64,000 nucleotides of DNA from Octopus vulgaris. Its lineage: Eukaryota. This document shows positions 38,816 through 52,320 of this stretch, piece by piece (position 1 is the first letter of the stretch; each line of letters opens with the position of its first letter). The stretch is from contig OX597817.1 in assembly GCA_951406725.2 (NCBI GenBank), forward strand, positions 44,578,001-44,642,000, written 5' to 3'. A program made the translations under genes and the position numbers. The notes beneath the pieces are model-generated. The model saw only the letters and a program-made list of their open reading frames with translations, ran no database searches and was not told where the DNA came from.

Positions 38816-40289
38816 AAAATATTTCATCATCATCGTCATTCTCCTCCTCCTCCTCATCATCATCATCATAATCCCCACCACCACCACAACCATCATCAAT
38901 TTTATTATTATTGTTGATGTTAATGTTATTTTTATTGAGGAAATAACTTGATGTCTCTCGAGGTCTGTGTGACATCGAGATGAGTTAGATTGTCTTTCAG
39001 AAAGCAATGCATTCGATTGTCGAATCTTAGGTTGTTAGTATTTATATTCTGAATTCCACCTTTGGGGCAGTAAAATCTCTACAACAATCTCATGGGGTTA
39101 TCGAGTCTTCATGTTTTAAGATTTATAAAACACGAGTGATTTTGTCGGATTTCTCTAAATAAATCTATTGCAATATTCCTGTCATACTGCTGGCATATTC
39201 ATGACAACTGTAGGAACATTTCAACAGAAACTTCGTTTGGAACCCAATATCTGAACTTGTAGAATATTTAACAATACATTATTTTCTTCTTCTCATATAT
39301 CTACAGTACAATTCGTTTTAAAATATCTATAATGTATTTATAATATCAGTGCGTCATGAAAAATGCGTGTATTTATATCTGTATATGAACCCACCCACAC
39401 ACGCATTGTTAAGTATGTTTGGATGTTTGTATATTGAAACAAAAAGAAGAGGATGATTCTTTGAGACGTTTATCTTGAATAAAAGATACAAACACTTTCC
39501 TCTCTAGTCAATCTCTCATCAACTTCTTCAAGTATCACTCGAAAAGGAAAGTGAGAGTAGAGAGGCAAGTTTTGTCTAGCGAATGTTTCAAAAAAAGATG
39601 GGTGAATGTAGCAAGGATGGCACGTATGAATGACGAAGCCACCTTGAGTATGATCCTATGAACCCGGAAAAATTTAAAACAAAGTTACTTACTTGCAAAT
39701 AAATGTGTTAACATGTGACATTATTGACCGAGGTTACCGTGGTCTTTTCCGTAGGCTCTTCTTTCCACGGATAAACCATATCTGTTTCCCCAATTACACT
39801 TTACATCATAACATTTCTGTGATACACGATCCCTATTGATCGTGTTTTTTCTTTCTTTTTTACGAATCCTTTTGATCGAAACCCTACTCCACTTTTTTTT
39901 TTTCCCCAAATAGAAAAGCTCTGCTTTGTAATTTGTCCCATCTGTGTTCATCCCTGTGTGGCTAATAAAGAAACATATATTGAATAAAAGAATGAAGTTA
40001 CATACATTTTTTATCCCAGATATACTGCTTGTTTCAATTTGTAGCTTTATGGTCTCTTTTCGATTCGATCGGTGGCCTTGTGTGAAAACAAAAATCCAAA
40101 AATTGCTCACAACATGTCGGTCTGTACTCAAGGTGTAACAGCCGGAAGCTTACGTGGCCTACCGGTGCGAAAAGAATCAACATGAGTAGAAATGGTGGCT
40201 GCATCTCCCACCCAAAGGATTTTTCCCACTCGGCAATAGTTTTGGCAGGAAAAATAAAATAGCATACTTTTTGAACGCATCACGTATAT

Positions 40290-40682
40290 AATCTTTTACT
40301 CTTTTACTTGTTTCAGTCATTTGACTGTGGTCATGCTGGAGCACAACCTTTAGTCGAGCAAATCGACCCCAGGACTTATTCTTTGTAAGCTTAGTACTTA
40401 TTCTATCGGTCTCTTTTGCCGAACCGCAATATTACGGGGACGTAAACACACCAGCATAGGTTGGCAAGCGATGTTGGGGGACGAATAAAGACACACAAAC
40501 ATATATATATATACATATATACGACGGTCTTCTTTCAGTTTCCGTCTACCAAATCCACTCACAAGGCTTTGGTCGGCCCGGGGCTATAGTAGAAGACAGT
40601 TGTCCAAGTTGTCACGCAGGTGGACTGAACCCGGAACCAGGTGGTTGGTAAGCAGGCTACTTAACACACAGCCGCTCCGGCG
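40290..40682 (-). mobile_element. SINE family C, complete copy
   Basis: Near-identical organisation to 27525-27930. Confidence 0.9.
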
Positions 40683-41300
40683 CCTCTATCGAAACTAACT
40701 GAACCTTCAATATATCAGTCGAATCGCTTAACAGTGACTGATACCCTGCATATAATATATACATTGTATATAATTTACACATTGAATCTAATATATTATA
40801 TACAGCGTATATGATTTACGCACAGTAGTGTGTATAATATATATCCTGGAATTTTGGATTTAGTGCCTGGAATGGGAGCATGTTGCACGTATTCATGAGC
40901 AAGGCTTTCAATACTTATCGTCCCCGTCAACATAGGTAGTATCACTGGGTATCCTCACCGCTGGTTGCAAATGCATCATTCTATAACAAATAGCAATTGG
41001 TCTAACTGTACAATTATTGTTGATGATATCATCTCACACCCTTCATGAAAACATCTTTGTCAAATGTAAATTTTCTGGTCCAGCTCAATCTGGTCTCTAA
41101 AATCGTTGCATTTTTCACCTCCAGGTATCGAACATCAGCAGCATCCGATCGATCCTACCATCTTGCTACAGCTTTGATAAATTATGGGCTCTCTCTCTAC
41201 TCCTTGGAAGCAGGAGTATATCTACCAGCTGGTATATATTTACAGCAGGAGTATATTTACCAGCTGGTTATATTTACCTGCTGGTATATATTTTACTATG

Positions 41301-41800
41301 GGGGCGCGTGGCTTAGTGGTTAGGGTGTCAGCATCATGATCGTAAGATTGTGGCTTCGATTCCTGGACCGGGCGACGTGTTGTGTTCTTGAGCAAAACAC
41401 TTCATTTCACGTTGCTCCAGTCCACTCAGCTGGCAAAAATGAGTAACGCTACGATGGATTGGGGTCCCGTCCAGCTGGGGAACACATACGCCATAGAAAC
41501 CGGGAAACCGGGCCCATGAGCCTGGCTAGGCTTTAAACGGGGGCAGTGGAGGTGCGTGACTTAGTGGTTAGGGTGTCAGTATCATGATCGTAAGATTGTG
41601 GCTTCGATTCCTGGACCGGGCGACGTGTTGTGTTCTTGAGCAAAACACTTCATTTCACGTTGCTCCAGTCCACTCAGCTGGCAAAAATGAGTAACGCTAC
41701 GATGGACTGGCGTGCCGTCCAGCTGGGGAACACATGCGCTATAGAAACCGGGAAACTGTGCCAATGAGCCTGGCTAGGCTTTAAAAGGGTGCATTTATTT
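41301..41800 (+). mobile_element. Head-to-tail tandem pair of family E SINEs
   Basis: Units about 41301-41545 and 41548-41795, highly similar to each other and to 34192-34449. Confidence 0.9.
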
Positions 41801-43447
41801 TATTTGTTTATATATTTTACTACGGGCTTGCACAAACAAAAATGCATATACAACACACACGCGCGCACGCACAGACACACACACGCACACACACAAGAGT
41901 ACATAGAACATAGTTACTGAAATTGCAGCATAAGCCCTCAGACGTACAATCGAACACCTGCATGCAAATTCGCAGGCGTATATAAGTGGTACATGCATAT
42001 GAATATTCGCTCATGATCAAACAACCACACACGCATACACATTAGTACACATTTACATGCGATCATTGTTATAAACAAATCGACAAACATCACAATGCCA
42101 ACTTAAGTACCAACATAAGTACGCATAAATTCACGCACACACATCTATTTGTGCATACACGCGTGTATAGACGTGTACATACAGATATTTATTCACACAT
42201 GGAACTACTCATGCACATATAAAATGGTTCTTTTAAGCATATAAATCTCTGCACAAATTCACACACATATAAGCTCAGACAGACACATACACACATGCAA
42301 TTATTCGCAAATATAAAGCTACATGTATGTATATATATATATATATATATATATACATACAAACACACTCTTGATATTGAATACCTAGACACATCTTTAT
42401 ACATATGCATTCGTATATACCTATACGCTTGTACTTACCAGTACGCTAAACTCCATTATACTCACATACAGACGCAGAGACGGCAAGTCTTACTTGCATA
42501 CAAACCGATATACCATCACATTGGCTCTATATAGTTGCTATTTCTGTCCAATTTCTTCGGTTGCGTTAAAGAACCATTGAAGCAACTGCAATTATTTCTG
42601 ACAAAGGTTTGCTTGTACGATGCAAATCGATTCTCGACCTCTTTCATTCGCTGGAGCATCATATCTACTCAGTGTTCTGGCTGAACAGCGGGTAACAGGG
42701 CATCATCTCTTCTTTTTCTAAATGTATCAGAAGAAGACCAAATTAGTCCAAATCAGTAAGGGTCCTAGTGTTTATAGTGTTATTGATCAGTAAATTACAG
42801 AAATACAAAAGAAATATATTAAAGGACGAGCAAATAAACAGAAGGAAATAATGAAAAATAGAAGTAAATAAAACAACTGTAACAATTACAGCAGCAACAA
42901 AATCAACGGAAAATATCGTCTTTATATATGTATAGTCCGGTCTTCAAAAATATGGTATTGATTTATAGATTTATAGACTTTAAGGTCATATTATCTATTG
43001 GTTTCCTTAACGTTCCGAATCAAAATGGCGATTGGAATTTTTTCTTTCTAATATACAGAATATCTACACAGTGGTAATACCGACTAATCGATTTGGATTG
43101 ATATGAAATTGTATTTCATTCTAATTAAATCTGCCGACAAGACCCATTGTTGCGACTGCTAACAAGGAAACTACAAGAGGCAGACACCAATTTATGGATT
43201 GATTCGAAACTATTTAGTATATACATTATGTCTCTTCTCTTCAAACGTAGTGTTCCTGCTTTAATTAGAACCAATTTCTGATGTATCACGAGCGAAGACA
43301 AAAACACGAACTCCAAAAACATTGAAGAGGTCGGATATAATTATCGTTACTGTCATTCAGCCAAAAGCTCTGATGTTCTGTCTAGCTCCAGTGTTGCAAA
43401 AAATAGCAACAGGGTTTCTATTCACTACATATATGTATTTCAATTTT

Positions 43448-43748
43448 GTGGAGGCGCAATGGCCCAGTGGTTAGGGCAGCGGACTCGCAGTCGGAGGATC
43501 GCGGCTTCGATTCCCAGACTGGGCGTTGTGCGTGTTTATTGAACGAAAACACCTAAAAGCCCAACCAGGCTCCAGCAGGGGGTGGTGGCGACCCCTGTTG
43601 TACTCTTTCGCCCCAACTTTCTCTCACTCTCTCTTCTTGTTTCTTGAGTATCGCTACGATGGACTGGTGGTAACACATACGCCAAAGAAACCGGGAAACC
43701 GGGGCCATGAGCCTGGCTAAGCGTGAAAAGGGCGACGTTTATCGTTTT
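43448..43748 (+). mobile_element. SINE family D with 12-bp TSD
   Basis: TATTTCAATTTT at 43436-43447 and 43749-43760. Confidence 0.88.
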
Positions 43749-44309
43749 TATTTCAATTTTAGTTGATACTTCTTTACAAGAAAAATAAAAAGTAAAAGAA
43801 AAAAATCATGGGTGCTGACATATGCGCGCTGTATATAAGCAATCTATCAGCCAGCCTTTTTAACCATAAACTTTATGATTTATGCATATAAAAATTCAGA
43901 TATGATGTACAAATTTACCTTAAAATCAATGTCGGCAGCTAAACTCGTGAATTTATAACATGTATGACTTGGTTGATAACAACTGTGCGAAGTTAGTTGC
44001 TTATACGTACACACATGCATGCATACATCCATAACCCCCCACCCCCAGACACACAAATACTGACGCACATACGATCAAACAGACTACAAAGAAACTGGTG
44101 TTTGCTGTATCAGCAAGACGTGTATTATTTAGGAAAATTGATGAAAAGATTTTCAAAGAAAATATAACGTTTCTGATTCAGTCCTTTTTCAGAAGAAAAG
44201 TTGACAAGAGAGAGAAATTAATGAAACAACAGGTTTGTTCGTCCTTTATGTTAGCAAAACTGGCTGTAACTGATAAGGAACGCACTACAGGGCGAAGAGT
44301 TATATATGA

Positions 44310-44340
<31 letters not shown>

Positions 44341-44373
44341 TGTGTGAGTGTGTGTGTATGTGGGTGTGTATAA

Positions 44374-44584
44374 TGTGACCGCGTGTGTATCGTTGGCGAT
44401 TTTTTTCCCTCCGTCTTCCCTTCCTTGGATCTTTCCTTTTCCTATGTTCCTGACGAAGAGCTCCGCTCGAAACGTTAAATGCCTCTTCTTTCTTTCCTTT
44501 CCTGAGCGTCCAATAATTCTATACTTGTTTCACGTCCTCGCGTTGTTGTATTTTCTCTTTGTGTTTTCATGTTTGGATTAACTA
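44374..44584 (+). mobile_element. HHR-repeat family H1 copy; minimal type-I HHR at 44446-44480
   Basis: GTTC-CTGACGA-A-GAGC-TCC-GCTC-GAAA-CG-TT-AAAT: intact core, palindromic ACGT stem III, weak stem I; flanked by (TG)n and (TA)n/(CA)n. Confidence 0.75.
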
Positions 44585-44585
44585 A

Positions 44586-44708
<123 letters not shown>

Positions 44709-45057
44709 AATTAGGGAATGGTGTTGATACATTCCAGGCTACATTTGTTTCACAGCTAGCTGAACGTCAGATGTAGAAATTACCCAAACGATGGGTAATC
44801 CGCGAGTTACTCTTCGCGCTAAAGATATCTTAATCAAATAAAGTTTATATTGTTGTCAAGGGATCCCATGTTAACTACGAACTGCTCGAAGCTTACTCAT
44901 TTCCTAAACCCTAATCCATGGACCTTACATTTGCACACACACGCATATATGTATATATATGTGTATAGAAATATTTAAGATTCAGTTGAATTAGGTACTT
45001 CATTTGAGGCACCAACTCAGTCCGGAATTATCCACACAGTTCAAAGTAATATGAGTA

Positions 45058-45645
45058 AAAAGCAAATAAGTAATAAAGATGTCAAGGTATTAGTTCATTA
45101 CAGTCGTTTCAGGCGGTTCCATGTAATCGAACAATGCAAGCATGACACCAATTTGAAATACACTGCCTTCCTCGGACGCATGAGACCATATAGCTTTTCA
45201 ACATACAGGATACTCCATTATAATTTTTTAGCAAATTTTTCAACAGAACTATGGAATGAAAGAGTTACGTACCTGTTGCTATTATTGTAGGAGAATGAAC
45301 TCACGGAGAAGATACCCCAACTATAATTTGGAGTGGTAGAAGAGAATAACAATGGGGGTCATGAGATGGTAATATGGCTACATTTATCTATCTCCTTATC
45401 AACATCCAAAGATCAAATGCAGCTGGTATACTACGTCCACAAAGAATTTAAACCATTGGGAATTGACAGTTAAGCTCTAGCTGCCGAAAATTAATGAATG
45501 TCAGATACTCTCCCAAACGCCTAATTTACTATGGCCTTACATTCGCTATGACTACATAAAGGAACAGATCTGAGAAGATGTATGTAAGATAGTGGCATAT
45601 GCCCCCAAATGGAGCCTATTTTATTATTATCAGTTAAAAAGGGCC
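45058..45645 (-). mobile_element. PLE pLTR-like repeat (family H7), copy 1; degenerate long-stem-II HHR at 45094-45180
   Basis: About 590 bp homologous to 47768-48357; minus TGCGT-CCGAGGA-AGGC...GCCT-GAAA-CGACTG-TA-ATGAA. Confidence 0.7.
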
Positions 45646-46399
45646 TAAAGTGGAAAACAAAGCAGGTGACAATAAGATCTAAATGAGTATTATGTGTACA
45701 GGGGGGAAATGTGTATCCAAAATTTAGCAAAATTTATATATTATTATATTTTGTATAATAAATAGTAAAATTTTATAATTTAGAAAGGCATATCAGGACC
45801 AAGTAGGAGAAGAAAAATATATACACCAATTTAAGCACTAAAAATGTAGGGTACTTTTATATGAAACAGAAGCCTCATAATACTTTATCCTAGTAAGCTG
45901 TTAAGATGGTCACGATAAAACTATTCAACAATGAACCCATAATTAAATTCCGATTTCATTCGAGAAAGAGGTATGCATATTCCATTGATCGGAAACCAAG
46001 AATTAAAGGCAAAAAATGTGAAAATTGCATCTATAACAGATAAACGTATTTAGAATATCTTGGGAAAATACAATTACATAAAAAAACTTCCAACATTATG
46101 AAAAGTCTAAAAGGATGTAGGGATATAAGAAGGTATAAAAATGCCGCATATATATGTATATGTATGTATATATAAAGAGTATATTATAATTGTAAAATAT
46201 AATTACAAATAACTAAAAATATACAAATATAAATACCATATTCTATTATATTTTACCATGACTCTTAGACTTTTTCACCAGTAAATACGAGGGTAAGTAG
46301 GTATACAAGATACAAAATTTACTAATATAATATAATATGAAAGGAAAAATAAAATACACCAAAAAATATATATAAAATTTCAATAAAGGACTTATAAAA

Positions 46400-46820
46400 C
46401 TCAGAATCTTTAAAAAACCTTCCCCTCATAACTTAAGACAAATCAGATGTTATTCTTTTAGCTAGGAGAACTATCATATCATTTAAGGGTAGGTTATGTA
46501 CGACGTGCGACACCCCTTATTACTTTGCTATTGCCATGGGTTCGAGTGACTCGGCTTAGGTTACTGATTTGGCTGGTGCTTATCTCAAAGTGCCTTAGTT
46601 GTGAAATCCTTGAACTGCAGGGTTATCTTTATAGGGATGATGATATGTTCATTATTCCAAGTAATATTAGAACCGTCATAGAAAGAATGCGGAAAAATAT
46701 CAGAAAATTCTTGAAAAATTTAACCTAGGACGCACTTTTAAATACGGCACGAAGGTAGCTGACTTCTTAGACACTACTTTAGATATAAACTCCGACTTAT
46801 ACTACCACTATAGAAAACTG
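46400..46820 (+). pseudogene. Second Naiad-like PLE RT relic
   Basis: VILLARRTIISFKG...FAIAMGSSDSA*VTDLAGAYL...GYLYRDD...ADFLDTTLDINSDLYYHYRK aligns by eye with the RT at about 5640-6010; stops and frameshifts present. Confidence 0.8.
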
Positions 46821-46944
46821 GATAGGTAGATAGATAGGCAGGCAGAGGGACAGACAGCCAGATAGACAAAGAGACAAAATTGCAGAGAGACAGACTGTCA
46901 GACAGACAAATTTATCACCAGGCTTACAGACAATTAGAAAGTAC

Positions 46945-47070
<126 letters not shown>

Positions 47071-47501
47071 CAGGCAGATAATAGATTGAAATCAAAGTGT
47101 GTCATGACACACATTGTATTTGCACCAAATTCTCTTCATCATTTGTTATTGTCTGACATAAAGGAATAAAGGAAAGCTTCTTATAGACAGATAATGAGAC
47201 ACGAAAGACGGAAAGATAGCCATAAAGGTCGGAGCAAGGTTGGGAGGAATTATGTGGTGGTAGGGGTCAAATTAGAGATGATAATAATGATAATCATAAC
47301 TGAAGTACCTATTCTCTCTTTCACTTCTACCGTCACTTCGGCGTTGTCGATGAATTTCATCGCCATCCTCCTTTTCCTCCTTCTCCTCTTCCTACTTATC
47401 ATCATCATCATCTTCATTGCCATCATAATCACCACCACTAATATCACATTTGTGTTTATCACCATATCTATGTGAATATATCTATAGGAATATATGTATA
47501 T

Positions 47502-47535
<34 letters not shown>

Positions 47536-47662
47536 TGTATGTATGTATGTATGTATGTATGTATGTATGTATGTATGTATATATATATATATGTAGGTCC
47601 CGGGTTGAGTCGGGGTTAACCACAGTAAATAAGGTACTCAATACATAGCAGAGTAAAGCTCT

Positions 47663-47715
47663 GAGCTTCCTGATGATTTCTTTTGAATGAAACAGTTCTA
47701 GTCCTGTAGAAGCTC
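47663..47715 (+). ncRNA. Type-I hammerhead ribozyme, intact core (family H8)
   Basis: GAGCTTC-CTGATGA-TTTCTTTTGAAT-GAAA-CAG-TTCTAGTC-CTG-TA-GAAGCTC: perfect 7-bp stem I, stem III ACAG/CTGT, GUA triplet; in an approximately 130-bp island between (TATG)/(TA) tracts. Confidence 0.88.
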
Positions 47716-47718
47716 CTT

Positions 47719-47764
<46 letters not shown>

Positions 47765-47767
47765 TAA

Positions 47768-48357
47768 AAGCAAATATGTAACAAGGATGTCAAGGTATTA
47801 GTGCATTACGGCCGTTTCAGGCGACTCCATTTAATCGAACAATGCAAGCATCACGTCAATTCGAAATATACCCCCTCAGATTCATAAGACCATATAAGTT
47901 TCAGCATACGGAATACTTCATTACAATATTTTAGCAAATTTCGCATCAGAACTAGAGTCTAAAAGAATTAAATGCCTGTTGCTATTATTGTAGCAGAATG
48001 AACTTAGGGAGAAGATGCCCCAACTATAATTTAGAGTGGCAGGAGAGAAAAACAATGGGGGTAGGGATCATGAGATAGTAGCATAACTACATTTATCTAT
48101 CTCCTTATAAACATCCAAAGATCTACTGCATCTAGTATACTACGTCCACTAAGAATTAAATCTATTGGAAATTGACAGTTAAGTTCTAGCTGCCGAAGAT
48201 AAATTAATGAATGTCAGATACTCTCCAAACCCCATAATTTAGTATGGCCTTAAATTCGCTATGACTACAAAAAGGAACAAATCTGAGATGTTAGTAAGTT
48301 ACTGGTATATGCCCCAAAAGGGGTGACATAAACTATTTTATTATTATCAGTTAAAAG
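47768..48357 (-). mobile_element. PLE pLTR-like repeat (family H7), copy 2; degenerate HHR at 47802-47884
   Basis: Minus TGAAT-CTGAGGG-...GCCT-GAAA-CGGCCG-TA-ATGCA; palindromic ACGGCCGT; directly follows an RT relic on the same strand. Confidence 0.72.
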
Positions 48358-48665
48358 TGGCCTATCCACAGTCCAGTATCTAGGACAGGTAATCTATGTC
48401 CGGGATGTTTAGAAGGATAGCCTACAATAACCTTTATACTGCTATGGATAGGCAACGAGTTGTATAGTTGGCATCATCTGTTCTTCATCTAGTAACGTGT
48501 TCATATGTGTATTTCTTTCACGACAAGATTAATGTCGTCGATATATCGAGAGTACATAGCTAAGTGGATGTTACGAGTCGCTAGGCACTGTTTAAAATGT
48601 CTGTCCCACCCTACCATGAAGAGGCTGGTAACCTCACTGGCGATTCCTATATCAATAGCACCTCT
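48358..48665 (-). pseudogene. PLE reverse transcriptase relic (Neptune-like motifs)
   Basis: Minus translation GAIDIGIASEVTSLFMVGWDRHF...MYSRYIDDINLVV...IHSSIKVIVGYPSKHPGHRLPVLDTGLWI; not in the ORF track; clade name is an inference. Confidence 0.75.
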
Positions 48666-48948
48666 GTATGTGATATATATTTAATATCGTATTGTTATAA
48701 GAATATAATATACTATTATGCTCATAAATTAAAAATTTTTGAATTCCCAATTTTTATACATCTCCAAAAATACACATACACATATATATAAAAGGTTCAA
48801 CGGGTAAATTGTCGCCATTTTATAATTTTAATTTTGCGCATGCTTACTGCTTGTTTTTGATTTTGTCGACTACACAGTATAGTAGGGTCAGTAGGGCACC
48901 TTCTGTGAGGAAAAAACAGCCCTATGACGAAATTCAATCTGCCAGATA

Positions 48949-49048
48949 TTTGGAAACGACATATTACTTGTCATTCGCACCATATGCGACACTCCTATTC
49001 GGAAACGACATACTACTTGACATTCACGCCATATGCGAGACACCTCCC
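48949..49048 (+). repeat. Two-copy tandem repeat of about 49 bp
   Basis: GGAAACGACATA(T/C)TACTTG(T/A)CATTC...CCATATGCGA repeated twice. Confidence 0.7.
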
Positions 49049-49314
49049 CAAATCCTTTAAGCCTTTCCCACAAGGGAAACCTTATGACCTCCACAGCTAT
49101 CTGCAGAGGCCATTCAGGATCCTGTGTGAAGGGCATATCTACTGTCTTTTTATGTTCTTTTACTATTTTCCACCTCCCCACCCTTGTAGTAAAATATAAT
49201 TAATTCATCATAATTTTTAAGCCACTCTTAAGCCTATAACTGATGGAGATTTATGGAACTTCTATTTGTCGCCCGTTCGTTTTTACATTCAGCATACGCC
49301 GTTTCTTTATACGG

Positions 49315-49382
<68 letters not shown>

Positions 49383-50219
49383 AATCTACTCAGAAGTTTC
49401 TGCTCTGCTCAAGGCCATACCTGATATTACTCATCCAATTTGTCGCGCAGTGGAACTAAAACAAGCGTCTCAACCACACAGCTATACCTCCATGTCGTGT
49501 AATCTAAAATATTGCACTTATGTAGACAATAAGGCCGTGTCTATGATAAAAAAAAAGCAACAACAATAACGGACATTGTATTATGGGAGACAAGCGAATT
49601 AGCACGTCGGGTAATTGTCATCTGTAACTATATTCTAGCATTAATTTAAGGTGAAATCACCTTTGTACAGTCTTTGTGATATCATTGTCTTCAAGTATTT
49701 TGCTTTCTATTCACCCAGTCAGTATGTTCAAGCAGTTTCTTGTAAAATATAACAAACTACTTCCATTGCCAAAGACGAGGTGATTATTAACCTGATTCCG
49801 CGTAGCTCTTCCTATGAGAAAAACCACTTAATATATTTCAGGTTAAGACTTTATTTATTGAAATAGAATACAGTTTGAAACGTCAGAACGGCAAACATAG
49901 ACATACAACTTTATAACGGAGAATTTTATAATCTCTAATGTCATGGAAAATAAGCAAGTCTGTACGCAAACACTTAAATACATACACATGCACAAAAACA
50001 CAGAATCACACGCGTACACACAGAGATACAGACACACACAGACACAGACACATACACAGACACAAACGAGCGGAGCAATATTTCATAATTCAGTCTTTTA
50101 TTACCTATGTACATATACAGGCACACACCCACACACAGACGCCACCCCCACGTCTGTGAGTTACGCAGACACGGATATACAAGGACAACCCTGCGTATGG
50201 AGACACATATACGTATAGC

Positions 50220-50419
50220 GATATATACACATACAAGCACATATATATATATATATATACTCACAACACACACACATACACACACGCACGCACACACACA
50301 CACATATATATAGACATATACATACATATACATACATACATATGTATGCATATATATATATATATTTACACACATATGTATACATACATACATATATATA
50401 TATATATACATACATACAT

Positions 50420-50454
<35 letters not shown>

Positions 50455-50481
50455 CATATATATGCATACATACATACATAC

Positions 50482-50528
<47 letters not shown>

Positions 50529-50654
50529 CACACAGACAGATATATATATATATACACACAGATACAGACATAAATATATGCATACATGTGTTTGTGTGTT
50601 TGTTTGTGTGTTTTGCGTATGCAAATGTGAGCGTCTGTGTATGTGTATGAGTGT

Positions 50655-50703
<49 letters not shown>

Positions 50704-51120
50704 TGTGAGTGCTGAAAACAAATCTATGTCGATGATGCAAAGATTTGTGACATTCTGAAATTTGCCCAGGAGAATCGATAAACGGACAGAAATTTGGAAA
50801 GAGATAAAAAAAAAAATTGACATAGAACTCAATCTCTATAGAGATAGGTAGAGACGTTTATAAAGACAGGCTGTAATCGCATCGCCACAACTTATAGACT
50901 ACATAGCAAATATGATAACGACAGCAAATTCCGTTGTTGTATATTTCCTAACCGATAACTTATTTATCGAAGAAGAATTTCCATTACATTAATAAAATAT
51001 TCCTCTCTCACCTTCTACATCATAGTCAACATTAATTTACGTGCAGATGCACACATACATGTTATTCTCAGACTGTGCATCCCTTTGTCCCACTTCATAT
51101 AGCTCTATGTATCTAAATAT

Positions 51121-51191
<71 letters not shown>

Positions 51192-51269
51192 TATATATAT
51201 ATGTGTGTGTATGTGTATATATATGTAGATGTATATAATTATACATGTATATACATATATGTATATATA

Positions 51270-51312
<43 letters not shown>

Positions 51313-51580
51313 ATATATATGTGTATATGTGTATATATATATATGAATATATGTGTATATGTGTATATATATGAATATATATTTATATGTACATAAATAT
51401 GTACTTATATAAACATGCATATATGCACATAAAAATGTGCATATATACACATGTATATATGTTTATATATGTGTATTTATGTATATAAAGAAACATCTAT
51501 ATATGCATTTAGGTATATGCATATCTCTCTCTCTCTATATATATATATATAATGTACACATATATGCATATTTATATGTG

Positions 51581-51656
<76 letters not shown>

Positions 51657-51902
51657 GGTGAAAAATGAGCTAAGCGAATTAATTCAGAGTGACCTGAGGT
51701 ATGAGTTTGTACAACAAAGACGAGGAAAGATTACTTAATGCTATACAAGATAAATTCTTGATTTATTGAAATGATCTTCGCTTCGACAGGAAAATTAAGA
51801 TAAAACTAGCGGCAATTGTAATCGATTCCGAATGGATGGTAAGGGGAGATAATCTGAAGGTATCAACAAATTTTCCAGTATAAACACCAAGTGTATACAT
51901 AC

Positions 51903-51955
<53 letters not shown>

Positions 51956-51973
51956 TATATATATATATGTAAG

Positions 51974-52051
<78 letters not shown>

Positions 52052-52057
52052 TATATA

Positions 52058-52123
<66 letters not shown>

Positions 52124-52170
52124 TATATATATGTATATATATATAAGCATATATATATATATATATATAA
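50220..52170. repeat. Large compound (TA)n/(CATA)n/(TG)n microsatellite field with short unique islands
   Basis: Direct reading; source of many IYIY ORFs. Confidence 0.93.
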
Positions 52171-52320
52171 TTAATCCAGCAAAAAGAATCGAGGAAAACA
52201 CAAAAAACAACAACGCGAGACGTGGTACATGCTCTTCGTCGGAAAAAAGAAAGGGATGAAAGTCCAAGAGGAAAGGAAGACGGAGGTAAAAAATCACCAA
52301 CGATCCACATATGGTTAAAT
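52170..52320 (-). mobile_element. Diverged, internally deleted copy related to HHR family H1
   Basis: TTAATCCA...ACAACAACGCGAGACGTGG...GCTCTTCGTCGGAAAA...GGAAGACGGAGG...CCAACGATCCACA matches the reverse complement of 44374-44584; the GAAA half of the HHR is missing. Confidence 0.65.

Noticed and set aside
41210-41295. Short repeats (CAGGAGTATAT/CAGCTGGTATAT) resembling an array
   Set aside because: An irregular minisatellite of a few copies with no unique spacers; not CRISPR-like, and the context is eukaryotic
44735-44895. Possible minus-strand HHR (CTGACGT...GAAA-CAAATG-TA) amid several small hairpins
   Set aside because: Core and stem I cannot be assembled consistently; at best a decayed relic
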